DNA from: an uncultured delta proteobacterium
Lineage (GTDB): Bacteria; Myxococcota_A; Polyangia; Polyangiales; Polyangiaceae
Length of the DNA: 64,000 nucleotides
NCBI GenBank assembly: GCA_963696385.1
Contig: CAVOKF010000008.1
Span: forward strand, 64,001 to 128,000
Direction of reading: 5' to 3'
Position numbers and translations under genes: made by a program. Below, piece after piece: positions 1 to 10,099 of this stretch (positions are counted from its first letter, which is position 1; each line of letters begins with the position of its first letter). Below the pieces are notes generated by a model. It ran no database searches. It was not told where the DNA came from and saw only the letters and a program-made list of their open reading frames with translations.

Positions 1-1
1 C

Positions 2-319
2 CGCGACTTCGACGACGCATTCCGCGAGGTCGACGTGATCTGCTCGCCCACGTCGCCGACCGCGGCGTTTCCCCTGGGCGAAAAGGTCGACGACCCTCTC
101 GCGATGTACCTCAATGACATCTTCACGCTCCCCGCGAGCCTGGCGGGTGTACCGGCGATGAGCGTACCGTGTGCGCCCACGGCAGCCGGCCTCCCCGTGG
201 GCTTGCACGTGATGGCCCGGCCACTGGACGAAGCGACGATGCTGGCCGTGGCGGCTGCCTGGGAGTCGCGCTCGCCCGCTCGCGGACTCCTCGCTCCGCT
301 CGGTCGTCGGGCGGCGTGA
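2..319 (+). CDS. gatA: Glu-tRNA(Gln) amidotransferase subunit A, C-terminal part (5' truncated by window)
   Basis: Open frame from the window edge: RDFDDAFREVDVICSPTSPTAAFPLGEKVDDPLAMYLNDIFTLPASLAGVPAMSVPC...GLPVGL, the typical GatA C-terminus. Confidence 0.92.
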   Translation, partial: RDFDDAFREVDVICSPTSPTAAFPLGEKVDDPLAMYLNDIFTLPASLAGVPAMSVPCAPTAAGLPVGLHVMARPLDEATMLAVAAAWESRSPARGLLAPLGRRAA

Positions 320-396
320 GTCGGTCTCACTCCACGGACGTTTGAACGTGCCGCTCGGCCTGGCTTGCCTCGAGTCCCAGGCCGTCGAACACGGGC

Positions 397-1230
397 TCAG
401 CCGACGACCAGACCCGCGGCCTCGAGACGACCTTCGCGGACATCGTAGATTCGCACCCGGGGGGCGTCTTCGTCGTCCACCGTCGCGGTCACTCCGAAGA
501 TTCGCTGAACGCCGCACCCGAGAGCGCGGTCCACCACGGCGTGCAGGTGTCCGTGCAAAACGAAGATATTCCGGAACTTTTCGAGCAGCGACATCATTCG
601 GGTCGCGCCAATCAGCCCGTCCACCCAGTGCCACGCGCTCGTCTTACGCAGGAAAGGCGGGTGGTGCTGCACCACGACGAGCGGTCGGCCCGATAGTGAC
701 GGGTCACTCGCCCGTCTCTCGAGCGCAGCGAGGTTGGCCCGATCCATCAGGCCTGCGGAACGCGTCACGGGCTGGTGCAGCGTCGCGTCCACCGGAAGCA
801 GCGTCGCAGCACCGATGTCGAGGGCTTTTCCCGGCCCCTGGGCGCTCGTCTTCGCGAAAGCTGCGAGAGGGCCGGCTAGCGCCCACCGCCAAGCGTCCGG
901 CGACGAGTAGAGATCGTGATTGCCGGGCACGAGCGTCGTCTGCTCCGGACGAATGCCCGAATCATGCAGGCACTCTGCGAGGGTCTCGTACTCCCCGGGC
1001 GATCCAATCTCGGTCAGGTCCCCGGACAAGACCACATGGTCGGCTCCCACCCGCAGCGCCGTCCGGAGCGCGCGGTTCAGCTTTCTCTGTCGTCCGATCG
1101 CATCGAGCGGGCGACCAAAACTCAAGAAACGTGTGCGCATCGACCACCCCGACCGAGTCCTGCTCGGTCTCGGGTCCAGCACATGCGCATCGGACAGATG
1201 CACGATGCGCGTCATCCCCATCGCGTCCAT
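397..1230 (-). CDS. Calcineurin-like metallophosphoesterase (CpdA/Icc-like)
   Basis: Ordered motifs HLSDAH, SGDLT, PGNHD, HHPP, HGHLH. Confidence 0.9.
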   Translation of the reverse strand: MDAMGMTRIVHLSDAHVLDPRPSRTRSGWSMRTRFLSFGRPLDAIGRQRKLNRALRTALRVGADHVVLSGDLTEIGSPGEYETLAECLHDSGIRPEQTTLVPGNHDLYSSPDAWRWALAGPLAAFAKTSAQGPGKALDIGAATLLPVDATLHQPVTRSAGLMDRANLAALERRASDPSLSGRPLVVVQHHPPFLRKTSAWHWVDGLIGATRMMSLLEKFRNIFVLHGHLHAVVDRALGCGVQRIFGVTATVDDEDAPRVRIYDVREGRLEAAGLVVG

Positions 1231-1383
1231 GGCTTCTTCTCCTTACGCTCAGGGAGCGCCACCTGGGCGCTTCCTGTGGATAAGTATCGACCACGGACAA
1301 GTCAGGAGTCCCACAATAGGGAAACGCTTACGCAACATGTTTTTTCATAAACGTATTTTACCTGCTCCGCCTAGAGTCGCTAC

Positions 1384-1571
1384 ATCACCCGGATCACCCT
1401 GAGCGTTCGCTCCGCCTCGACACTTTGGTTCAATCACCCGGATCACCCTGAGCGTTCGCTCCGCCTCGACTCGCTGCGCTCGCTCGGCTCCGCTTTCGCC
1501 GACCCGGCGCTTGAGACACGTCGAGGGGAGCGATGCCGCTCCCCTCGAGCGCCCCAGCAGGAAACGCGTTT
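1384..1571. repeat. Left arm of an ~147-bp REP/MITE-like element (full copy 1425-1571, partial copy 1384-1421)
   Basis: TTGGTTCAATCACCCGGATC...CCCAGCAGGAAACGCGTTT is the near reverse complement of 2171-2317 and 2365-2511. It contains a 12-bp hairpin TCGAGGGGAGCG-ATGC-CGCTCCCCTCGA at 1521-1548. Confidence 0.9.
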
Positions 1572-2144
1572 TCGGGAGATCCGGTGGGCAGTCTACCTGT
1601 CATGACATCTCGGGCGCCCTAGGTGCGGCGAACGCCGCTCCCCCCGAGCTGGCCCAGCAGGAAACGCGTTTTCGGGAGATCGCGGCGGGGCTCCCCAATA
1701 AGACAATGACATCTCGGGCACTCAGCGCAAGCATCCCTTTCAGGAAATCCTGGACGATCCTCTCGTAAATGAAATTTTGGGCACCCTGAGCGTTTCGGTC
1801 GCATGACTTTGCTCGTTTCGATCGCAACGCTGGGAAACCCCGAAGGGGCCCGTCTGAAGAGCAGCCACGCCCTTCCCTACTGCAGCGCAGCCGCGAGGTT
1901 CGTCCTGAGGAGGTCGCCACGCCTGCTTCGTTTCTGCGGAGCCAGGCGTGCTTTCCCGCTGCAGCGCACGCCGCGCGCTTCGGCTTGGTGATCGCCGCGC
2001 GTTTCCTGCTCGTCTCGCGCTTCCCCGCTGCAGAGCAACCGCGTCCTCCGCAGGAGAGCTCGCCGTGTACGTCCCGCTGCGGGGGGGGTGCTCGAGGGGA
2101 GCGGCACTCGCTCCCCTCCACGTGTCGCAAGGTCGCAAGTGCCG

Positions 2145-2536
2145 AGAGTGGCCCACTCTTCGCGACCGCGAAACGCGTTTCCTGCTGGGGCGCTCGAGGG
2201 GAGCGGCATGGCTCCCCTCGACGTGTGGCGAGTGCCGGGTCGGCGAGAGCGGAGCCGAGCGAGCGTAGCGAGTCGAGGCGGAGCGAACGCTCAGGCTGAT
2301 CCGGGTGATTGAACCAAGTGCCGGGTCGGCGAACGCTCAGAGTGGCCCACTCTTCGCGACCGCGAAACGCGCTTCCTGCTGGGGCGCTCGAGGGGAGCGG
2401 CATCGCTCCCCTCGACGTGTGGCGAGTGCCGGGTCGGCGAGAGCGGAGCCGAGCGAGCGTAGCGAGTCGAGGCGGAGCGAACGCTCAGGCTGATCCGGGT
2501 GATTGAACCAAAGGCCGATCCGGGTGATTGAACCAA
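2145..2536. repeat. Right arm: two near-identical direct copies (period 194 bp) of the same element in inverted orientation, plus a 20-bp terminal fragment
   Basis: 2145-2317 is nearly identical to 2339-2511. GATCCGGGTGATTGAACCAA recurs at 2517-2536. Confidence 0.92.
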
Positions 2537-2567
2537 GCGAGTGTGATTTAACTTTGCCCCATTTAAC

Positions 2568-4205
2568 TCAGAAAATAAAAAACCCTGAGAGCTGACCGCG
2601 GTGATTGATCGCGTAGATGCTGTCGACGTAGGTCGTCTTCGTCGTCGCGAATTCGACACCGAATCGAACGGCGGGGAGCGGATCGACGAAGAGGTTCACG
2701 TCAAACCAGTTATCGGCGTGCATCAGGCTCGACGAACTGCCGATCGTCCCCTCGGTGTAATAGTGCATGTTGGCGCTCTGCAGGCGCGAATAGTTACCGG
2801 AAATCCAGAGTTTGCCGTCCGTGCCCGGGACGTAATACTGCAGGCCGATGAGGTACGACGTCCACTGGATTCCGTGGAGCTTGCCCGAGTAATCGAACGT
2901 CACGACGCCGGGATCGATGTCCGGCGAATAGGATCCCGTCGGGGGAGCCGGGAATCCGACGCCGCCCGTCAAGCCCGTGTACATGTCCGCGTCGCCGTAG
3001 CCGGTCGAGAATTCACCGTTGAGCGACAGCGAGTTGTCTTTGCTCTCTTTGGTCCCGGGGATCACGGGAACGAATGCGTCGGCGGCGACGGCGCCCATCG
3101 TCAGGTCCGTCGTGTTCGTCCCGTTGACGGGAAAACTGTTGACAGCCACGTGCCGCACCAGCCCCGTCACGGCGACGGACAACGGTGAGATCTGCGTTCC
3201 GGCCGATCCGACGGTTTGCACGCCGGTCCACGAATCGATGGCCAAGCGAAGCCCTCCCTCCCCATCGGGCGCGGCGCTGTCGCGCTGAAATGGGCGGACC
3301 GCCGCAACGGCCGCTTCGAACGTCACCGGGTACGCTTTGACGGTCTTGCTGATTCGAAGCTGAGGCGTCCGCGCGTAGAGCTCGCCCGGAATCCCCTGAA
3401 TCTCGACCGTGTTCGGTTGATACGCGGACCCCCACCCATACAGCTGCCAGTACTGGCCGAACAGAATGTCGACCACCGGCGTTTCGACCTTCAAGTTCAT
3501 GTGCCGGATACGAAACGTCGGATTGGTGAAATACGCGGCTTCGGTTCCGAAGGCCGAATTGGTCGCGGAGGGCACGGCGTAGGGGCCTGTGCCTACGGGA
3601 AGCTGCGTGCCGAGGAAATCGCTCTCGATCATCGCGGTCGCGCGAACCCCGTAGTACTCCGGCGCTTTCATGCGAAAGCCGAGGCGCGAGTTGCGGGCAC
3701 CCATCTGCAGGCGCCCGTTGTTGCCCGCAAGCGTCCCGGGCCGCGCGATAGCCGTATTGCCCGGCAGATCGTTGAGGCTGCGGGTCGAGTCGTAAATCGC
3801 GTCGGCCTCGACGAAGCCGTAGAGTGTGGCTGCCCACTTGCCGATGACCAGGTGCTCCTGGTTGGGCAGCTGGGTGCCCACGCTTTCCCCAATGTCACGA
3901 GCGGCACTGTCGTATTCCGCCTGCGTAATGATTCCCTTTTCGCGCATGATGCGCAGCGTCACCAGTTGAATGGGGGAGCCCGGCGACGCGGGATCGGCAG
4001 GTGGAACCGCGGGCGCCGGGGCCGCCGTCGAGCCGCCCCAGGCCGGAGCCGTGGACGGTGCCGGTGCGAGGGGCGGAGCCGGCACGGGAGCCGGCGGCGC
4101 GGCCTCTGGAGGCGGGGGAGGCAACGCCGACTGAGCGAACGCCGCGCCGGGCAGTGTGAACAGCAGTGAAACGACCGAAATCGAGATCGGGTGTTTTCGT
4201 GTCAC
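2568..4205 (-). CDS. Outer-membrane beta-barrel porin (DcaP-like), likely phosphate-related
   Basis: Signal peptide ending AFA-Q, Pro-rich linker, short helical segment (MREKGIITQAEYD), LYGFVEAD and NSRLGF strands, C-terminal Phe. Lies downstream of phoU behind a Pho-box-like site. GTG start at 4205 inferred. Confidence 0.75.
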   Translation of the reverse strand: MTRKHPISISVVSLLFTLPGAAFAQSALPPPPPEAAPPAPVPAPPLAPAPSTAPAWGGSTAAPAPAVPPADPASPGSPIQLVTLRIMREKGIITQAEYDSAARDIGESVGTQLPNQEHLVIGKWAATLYGFVEADAIYDSTRSLNDLPGNTAIARPGTLAGNNGRLQMGARNSRLGFRMKAPEYYGVRATAMIESDFLGTQLPVGTGPYAVPSATNSAFGTEAAYFTNPTFRIRHMNLKVETPVVDILFGQYWQLYGWGSAYQPNTVEIQGIPGELYARTPQLRISKTVKAYPVTFEAAVAAVRPFQRDSAAPDGEGGLRLAIDSWTGVQTVGSAGTQISPLSVAVTGLVRHVAVNSFPVNGTNTTDLTMGAVAADAFVPVIPGTKESKDNSLSLNGEFSTGYGDADMYTGLTGGVGFPAPPTGSYSPDIDPGVVTFDYSGKLHGIQWTSYLIGLQYYVPGTDGKLWISGNYSRLQSANMHYYTEGTIGSSSSLMHADNWFDVNLFVDPLPAVRFGVEFATTKTTYVDSIYAINHRGQLSGFFIF

Positions 4206-4247
4206 GGTGTGGGCCTCTTTCGTTTGGGCGCACCGTGCTCGCACTCC

Positions 4248-4275
4248 GTGTCACGACTGTGACGAGTCCGAGACA
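4248..4275 (-). promoter_or_regulatory. Pho-box-like site upstream of the porin
   Basis: Minus strand reads TGTCTC-ggact-CGTCAC-agtcg-TGACAC: three GTCAC-like half-sites with exact 11-bp periodicity. Confidence 0.6.
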
Positions 4276-4278
4276 AGT

Positions 4279-4986
4279 TTAACCGCGGCCGTTGTCGACC
4301 CGCGGCGGCGGGTGCGTCCGGACGTGCCGGACGTCTTCGCCTCGGACCATGAAGATCACTTCCTCGGCGATGTTGGTGGCGTGGTCCGCCACCCGCTCGA
4401 GGTATTTTGCGACGTGGATCACGCGGATCGCCTCCGCGACCTGCGTCGTGTGCTCCGTCATGAAGTCCGTCATTGCGTGAATGATCCGACCGTAGAGGTC
4501 ATCGACGGCGTCGTCGCGAACCAGCACCTGCTCGGCCCGGGTCGGCTCCCCTTGGACGAACGCGTCGAGCGCATCGCGCAGCATCTCCTGCGCCTGCTCA
4601 CCCATGGCCTTCAGCTCGCCGCGCACCTTTTCCTTCGCGGTGCCGTGTTCCTCTTTCGCGCGCTCGGCGATGTTGACCGCCTCGTCGCCGATGCGCTCGA
4701 GGTCCGTCACCAGACGCAGCGCCCCGGCCAAGAAGCGCAGGTCGTACGCCACGGGCTGACGCAGCGCCAGGACGCGCAGCGCCAGCGCGTCGATGTCCAT
4801 TTCGTCGCGGTCGATGTGCCGATCCAGCTCTTCAACCTCCGCGGCGATCGGCAAGGAGCCTTCCCAGAATGCCTTCAGGGAAAGCTGCAGAGCGCGCTCG
4901 CATCGCGCTCCCATGGCCAGAGAATGAGCGCGCAGCTCGCGCAGCTCCGACTCGAAATCTCGGCTGGTGTGGGCGCCGTGGGTCAT
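4279..4986 (-). CDS. phoU: Phosphate signalling complex protein PhoU
   Basis: RQPVAYDLR, DLERIGDEAVNIAE and YLERVADHATNIAEEVIFMVRG motifs; pst context. Confidence 0.97.
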   Translation of the reverse strand: MTHGAHTSRDFESELRELRAHSLAMGARCERALQLSLKAFWEGSLPIAAEVEELDRHIDRDEMDIDALALRVLALRQPVAYDLRFLAGALRLVTDLERIGDEAVNIAERAKEEHGTAKEKVRGELKAMGEQAQEMLRDALDAFVQGEPTRAEQVLVRDDAVDDLYGRIIHAMTDFMTEHTTQVAEAIRVIHVAKYLERVADHATNIAEEVIFMVRGEDVRHVRTHPPPRVDNGRG

Positions 4987-6113
4987 CTCGTCACCTTCTT
5001 CATCCTCGTCCCCTCGGCGCCGCCAATCCGGGCGAAGCGCGACGCGAGAGCGTTCGTGAGCGCCACCAAGACCACGAGCACGGCCGCGGTCCCCGCGCTG
5101 ATCTCAGCCCGGTCCGGAGAGAGCCCGGCCGAGTTGACGTACCAAAGGTGAACCGCCAGCGTTTCGCCGCCCCGGAACGGGTCGAGCGAATAGGCGGTCG
5201 ATCGCGAAATCGTCGTGCCCGCCGTCATGATGAGCGGCGCACTTTCGGCAAACACCCTGCCGACGGACAGGACCAAGGCGCTCAAGATGCCCGGCCACGC
5301 GTACGGCAACGTCACGCGCCAAGCCGTCTGCACCGGGGTCGCGCCGAGCGCGAGGCTCGCTTCGTCGAGCTCGCGCGGAACGGCGTGCATGCTTTCCTCT
5401 GCGATTCCAACCACCAGAGGCAAGTTGAGAAGAGCCAGGACGACCGCACCAGCGAACAACGAATAGCCCATTTTCATCTGGACCACGAAGACCAGAAACC
5501 CGAAGAGGCCGTACACGATGCTCGGCAGCGACGAGAGCGTGTCGAGAGCCATCCTCACCGCGGCCACGAAACGCGCGGCGCGCGCGAACCGCGCCAAATA
5601 CAGCGCCGCCCCCACCCCGACCGGGAGCGTGATCGCCGTGCTCAGTACCGCGAAATACAGCGTGTTGAACATCTCGGGGCCAATCCCGCCGCCCGCCACC
5701 GTCTCGCTCGGAAGCGAAATCAGAAACCTCGGGAGGTGGTTCCTTCCGAACACGACGCCGGCGAGGGCCGCGACCGAGATACCCACCCACGCCATGCGAT
5801 CGGCCCGGCGATTCCACCGGCCGAATCGATCCATCGCGGACCGCGCGACGAACGCGAGGCACCACGCCATCCCCCCAAAGATGGCTGCCGCCACGACGAC
5901 CCGCATGACGTCTTCGTTGTCGATCCCCGCGAGCGGCGTCGGATAGGCCGTAAAGAGGACTATCTTGCCGGCCCCTCGAATCAGCAAGTAGAGCAGCGTA
6001 CCCGCGTAGGCGCACGCGACCAAGAGCGAGGCCGCTCCGAGAACGACCTTGAGCACTCGCTCGACCGAGCTGCCGACGCGCCGGCTCCGATGAAGATGGG
6101 GTACCGCGGTCAT
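4983..6113 (-). CDS. pstA: Phosphate ABC transporter permease PstA
   Basis: GGGIGP, LSSLPSIVYGLFG, EASLALGAT and ETLAVHLW motifs. ATG at 6113 overlaps the pstC stop (ATGA). Confidence 0.93.
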   Translation of the reverse strand: MTAVPHLHRSRRVGSSVERVLKVVLGAASLLVACAYAGTLLYLLIRGAGKIVLFTAYPTPLAGIDNEDVMRVVVAAAIFGGMAWCLAFVARSAMDRFGRWNRRADRMAWVGISVAALAGVVFGRNHLPRFLISLPSETVAGGGIGPEMFNTLYFAVLSTAITLPVGVGAALYLARFARAARFVAAVRMALDTLSSLPSIVYGLFGFLVFVVQMKMGYSLFAGAVVLALLNLPLVVGIAEESMHAVPRELDEASLALGATPVQTAWRVTLPYAWPGILSALVLSVGRVFAESAPLIMTAGTTISRSTAYSLDPFRGGETLAVHLWYVNSAGLSPDRAEISAGTAAVLVVLVALTNALASRFARIGGAEGTRMKKVTR

Positions 6114-7051
6114 CGGGCCCTGCGGGAAAGAATCCTCGTGACGACGACGACGATCACGGACACGACCAACAGGACGAGCGCCATCGAAAAGAGAACATCG
6201 TTTTGCACCGTTCCCGGACGTGCCTCTTGCATGTCCATGACGATCTGCGCCGAGATCGTGGTCGTCGGCGAGAACAAATCCGCGGGCAGCTTGCGTGCGC
6301 CGCCGATGACCATCTGAACGGCCATGGTCTCGCCGGCGGCGCGCGCAAACCCGTAGAACACGGCGATGAGAAGACCGCGCCACGCGTACGGGAAGGAGAC
6401 GCGGAACGCGGTCTGCCACGACGACGCGCCCAGCGCCGCGCTGGCTTCCCGAATCTCTCGGGGAACTCGAGACATCGCGTCGAGCGAAAGCAGAAGCACG
6501 GTCGGAGTGATCATCACACCCAACAGCACCGCTGCAGCGGCGAGTCCCTCGCCCGTCACGGGCGCATCCGCCCCGCGAAAAAGGCGCCCCACTTGCGCCA
6601 TCACCGGCACGAGATAGACGAGCGCCAGCCAGCCATAGACAACACTCGGAATCGCCGACGCAATCTCCATGATCCTACGGTGGATGCGACGCAGCCGATC
6701 GGGAGCGAACTCCGTCAACCACACCGCGGCGAACACCGCTGGCGTGGCCCCCAGAAGGGTGGCGCCGAAGGCGCTCGCAAACGTGCCGGTGATGAGGGCC
6801 AGCCCGCCGAAGGAATCCGCCTCCGGCTTCCACGTCTCGCCCGTGAGCAGCGTCCCGATCCCGACGTGCACCATGCCGCGGATGCCGGTCTGGGCCAGAA
6901 ATGCGATCATCGCGACGGTCGTTACGATGACGAAGCCCGCGCTGCTCACGAGGGCCAGGCGCACGAGCGAATCGCCCACCCGCGGCCGGCGCGTAATATG
7001 CGGCGCTGCGGTGGATGGATCGGAATCGGTGACCGCCATTCCGTGCGCCAT
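6110..7051 (-). CDS. pstC: Phosphate ABC transporter permease PstC
   Basis: AIPSVVYGW, EASAALGAS.WQT and ARAAGETMAVQMVIG motifs. ATG start at 7051 inferred. Confidence 0.95.
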   Translation of the reverse strand: MAHGMAVTDSDPSTAAPHITRRPRVGDSLVRLALVSSAGFVIVTTVAMIAFLAQTGIRGMVHVGIGTLLTGETWKPEADSFGGLALITGTFASAFGATLLGATPAVFAAVWLTEFAPDRLRRIHRRIMEIASAIPSVVYGWLALVYLVPVMAQVGRLFRGADAPVTGEGLAAAAVLLGVMITPTVLLLSLDAMSRVPREIREASAALGASSWQTAFRVSFPYAWRGLLIAVFYGFARAAGETMAVQMVIGGARKLPADLFSPTTTISAQIVMDMQEARPGTVQNDVLFSMALVLLVVSVIVVVVTRILSRRAR

Positions 7052-7053
7052 CT

Positions 7054-7965
7054 TCAGTTCTCGTCGCGCGAAACCTTCATCTGCGTCACCGGAATGAAGC
7101 CCTTGACGGTCGGCAGAACCTGGTTCTGGAATGCCGGCGACAGGATGTAATCGATGAACTCTTTCGCGGCTCCGGTCGGCGGGCCATGGGTGAACATGTG
7201 CTCGTACGACCAAATCGGGTAGCTGCCCGACGTGATGTTCGACACGCTCGCCTCGACCGAGGCCGCGTCGCTCTTGATCCCGAACGTGAGCAGGTCCGGG
7301 TCGGCGAACGACATCGCCAGGTAGCTGATGGCACCCTTAGTCTGCTTGAGCTTGGCGACGAGTGCGCCCGAGTTGTCCTCGGTCTGCGACTCGACGAACT
7401 TGTCTCCGCCGAGCACCACGCTCCCGAAGACCGATCGAGTCCCCGACCCCGGCGCGCGGTTGATGACGACAACCGGAACGTTGCCTCCGCCCACTTCCTT
7501 CCAGTTCTTGACGTCGCCCGAAAAAATCCTGGCCAATTCGGCAAGGCTGATGGCCGTGATTTTCTCGTTGTACCCCCCCTTGTTCGCCATCGCCGCGAAG
7601 CCGATCACCGCCACCTTGTGGTCGACCAGCGTTCCCTTGAGATCCGCCGGCGCAAAGATGTCGCTGTCCCCGATCTGCACAGCGCCCGCAGCCACGTCGG
7701 CCAAGCCCTTCTTGGAGCCTCCGGCCGAGACTTCGACACTGATCCCCTTGTGGCTCGCTTCGAATTTTTCTTTTGCGGCATTGACGAGCGGCTGCAGCGC
7801 GCTCGATCCGCTCACTTGAACCGTTCCCGTCTCGACGGGGCCACCCTGCGAGGCGCTGCCGGCAGAGGCGGCCGGCTGCGGGGGAGCCGGCGGCGCGCTC
7901 CGGTCGCACGAGACGAGCGACAGCACTGCGCCGGCGCATAGAATGGCTACCTTGAAATCGGGCAT
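7054..7965 (-). CDS. pstS: Phosphate-binding lipoprotein PstS
   Basis: Lipobox LVSC; GSSALQPL, GGSKKG, NRAPGSGTR and YPIWSYEHMFT motifs. Confidence 0.95.
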   Translation of the reverse strand: MPDFKVAILCAGAVLSLVSCDRSAPPAPPQPAASAGSASQGGPVETGTVQVSGSSALQPLVNAAKEKFEASHKGISVEVSAGGSKKGLADVAAGAVQIGDSDIFAPADLKGTLVDHKVAVIGFAAMANKGGYNEKITAISLAELARIFSGDVKNWKEVGGGNVPVVVINRAPGSGTRSVFGSVVLGGDKFVESQTEDNSGALVAKLKQTKGAISYLAMSFADPDLLTFGIKSDAASVEASVSNITSGSYPIWSYEHMFTHGPPTGAAKEFIDYILSPAFQNQVLPTVKGFIPVTQMKVSRDEN

Positions 7966-8858
7966 CAGCCGAATCTCCCTGTTATGTAATCTTCGGTTTC
8001 GCGCTCTTTGGGACGGGTGAAAATCGTGGTCGTGTCCGCGACTTCGACCAGCCGACCCATGTAAAAGAAACCGGTGCGCTGGGACACGCGCGCGGCCTGC
8101 TGCATGTTGTGCGTCACGATGACGATGGTGAGGTCGTCGCGCAGCTCGGCGACGAGATCCTCGATCTTCGCCGTCGCAATCGGGTCGAGCGCGCTCGCAG
8201 GCTCATCCATCAGCAGGACCTCTGGTTCGACCGCCAGCGCGCGCGCGATGCACAACCGCTGCTGTTGGCCGCCGGACAACCCCAGACCCGATTCGTCCAG
8301 CCTGTCTTTGACTTCGTCCCAAAGCGCCGCATGCCGCAGAGCGCGCTCGACTCGCTCGCCGAGCACGGCTCGCTCGTTGACGCCGGAAATACGCAATCCG
8401 TAGGCGACGTTCTCGAAGATCGACTTCGGGAACGGATTGGACCGCTGAAATACCATTCCCACTCGGCGCCGGACGAGCACGGGATCGACGTCGGGGCCGT
8501 AAATGGCCTCCCGGTCGAGCTCCACGTGCCCGGAGACCGAGACCCCGGGCACCGTGTCGTTCATGCGGTTGAGCGACCGGAGAAATGTGCTCTTGCCGCA
8601 GCCACTCGGGCCAATCAGCGCGAGGACCTGCTTCGCGTACACGTCGATCGTCACGTCTTTGATCGCGACCTTTTCGCCGTAGCGAACGGTCAATCCGCCG
8701 GCGCGCATCTTCAGCTGAGCCTCCGCGCTCGAAGACAAAGTCGCCGCAGCGGCCACGGGCGGGACTTTGGGGCCTGCGAAAGATTGTCCCGTGCCACCTG
8801 GGTGACGATCGCGTGACGTCCCGCGGGGCGGTCGATTCGGATCGTCGGCCTCGCTCAT
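7965..8858 (-). CDS. pstB: Phosphate ABC transporter ATPase PstB
   Basis: [31 protein letters not shown] and [10 protein letters not shown] motifs. Confidence 0.98.
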   Translation of the reverse strand: MSEADDPNRPPRGTSRDRHPGGTGQSFAGPKVPPVAAAATLSSSAEAQLKMRAGGLTVRYGEKVAIKDVTIDVYAKQVLALIGPSGCGKSTFLRSLNRMNDTVPGVSVSGHVELDREAIYGPDVDPVLVRRRVGMVFQRSNPFPKSIFENVAYGLRISGVNERAVLGERVERALRHAALWDEVKDRLDESGLGLSGGQQQRLCIARALAVEPEVLLMDEPASALDPIATAKIEDLVAELRDDLTIVIVTHNMQQAARVSQRTGFFYMGRLVEVADTTTIFTRPKERETEDYITGRFG

Positions 8859-10057
8859 GCGGGCAGGCTCTGACGCGTCGGCGAGCCAGCCGTCGGAGAG
8901 GCCACCGGAAGGATCGCGCTACCCCGCAGCAGCCAGAACGGATGCCCCCGCCACGAGATCTTGCGACTCGCGCAAGCACGAATCCAGCAAATGAGCGCGA
9001 GCACCGACCGGACGATCTCGAGCGGCCCATGCCACCAGGCTACGGCGCGACCGCGAAGCAACCGGACGGCCGCGACCGCACCTGCCATTTGTGCGAGCGC
9101 CACGGCCGCCCAACACATCCCCATGACGGCACCCGGAGCCAAGATCCAACACACGGTGGCCAGCGCAATCGGATTCAATAACGGCTCGGAGGCGAAGCAC
9201 CACCACGGCAAAATGGATCGCCGCAGCTGCGCCCAGCGCGTGTGGCGTTCGAGCGTTCGACGCACCGAGCAGCGCACGTTCCAGTTCGCGACGATCTCGT
9301 GCGACAACCGAATCTCGAAGCCGGCTTCCGCGAAGCGTCGTCCGAGTACGTGGTCCTCTGCGAGCACGCCACCGACCGACGAAAAACCTCCGATGCGAAT
9401 CAAATCCGCCCGCCGAACCGCGATCGACTTCCCGACGGTGAACGAGCGACGGCTGACCACCGCCACGGCCGCGATGCCGGGCGCCGTGGCCGCGCAGATC
9501 TGCAGGTTCTCGATCGCCGCACCCAAGGACTCTTCGCCGTTGCCGGAGAACAGGCTCGTCACGATGCCGACGCGATCGTCGGCGAGCTCAGCGACCATGG
9601 ACCGCAGGTAGCTCGACCGGACTCGAACATTCGAATCGGAGATGACCCAAATTTCGCCCTTGGCGACTGCTTCGAGTCCGACGAGCTGCGCCACCTTGGG
9701 GTTGACCGCCGCGCCCGGGTCCGTCAAAACGATTTGTGCGTCGAGCCGGGGATGTCTCGCAACGAAGCGACGCGCGACGCCGAACGCCGGGTCGGCACGA
9801 TTCGCGACCCCCAACAAGACCTCGAACGAGGGATACTCGATGCGAGCGAAGGACTCGAGGTTGCCTTCGAGGTCGTCGTCCAATCCGGCCAGCGGCTTGA
9901 AAATCGTCACCGCGGGTACGCAAACCCCTCGCGGGAGGCCGGGGCGGCCCGAGGAAATCGCTCGAAGGCGCTTCATCATCGCCCGAACGAAGAGGGTCAT
10001 CATCGCCGCATAGAGCCCAAGCGACGTCAGCGTCAAAGCGACCGCGATGTAGACCAT
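8855..10057 (-). CDS. GT2/GT21 ceramide-glucosyltransferase-like (HpnI-like) glycosyltransferase
   Basis: N-terminal TM helix; FKPLAG, NPKV, ISDSNV, LAEDH and RHTRW (Q/R-x-x-RW) motifs; C-terminal WRG. Confidence 0.88.
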   Translation of the reverse strand: MVYIAVALTLTSLGLYAAMMTLFVRAMMKRLRAISSGRPGLPRGVCVPAVTIFKPLAGLDDDLEGNLESFARIEYPSFEVLLGVANRADPAFGVARRFVARHPRLDAQIVLTDPGAAVNPKVAQLVGLEAVAKGEIWVISDSNVRVRSSYLRSMVAELADDRVGIVTSLFSGNGEESLGAAIENLQICAATAPGIAAVAVVSRRSFTVGKSIAVRRADLIRIGGFSSVGGVLAEDHVLGRRFAEAGFEIRLSHEIVANWNVRCSVRRTLERHTRWAQLRRSILPWWCFASEPLLNPIALATVCWILAPGAVMGMCWAAVALAQMAGAVAAVRLLRGRAVAWWHGPLEIVRSVLALICWIRACASRKISWRGHPFWLLRGSAILPVASPTAGSPTRQSLPA

Positions 10058-10099
10058 CGATAATGGAGGCCCAGGCTTGCCGGACCCTCAAGCAACGCC

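Noticed and set aside
397..1230. Metallophosphoesterase as a Pho-regulon member
   Set aside because: It is on the same strand as the pst cluster but 1.3 kb away, and I found no 11-bp-period Pho-like site upstream.
1384..2536. CRISPR array
   Set aside because: Repeats are long (about 147-194 bp), partly inverted, or degenerate and irregularly spaced; no cas genes in the window.
1511..2659. Short ORFs across the repeat region
   Set aside because: They translate repeat DNA in several frames and show no recognisable motifs.
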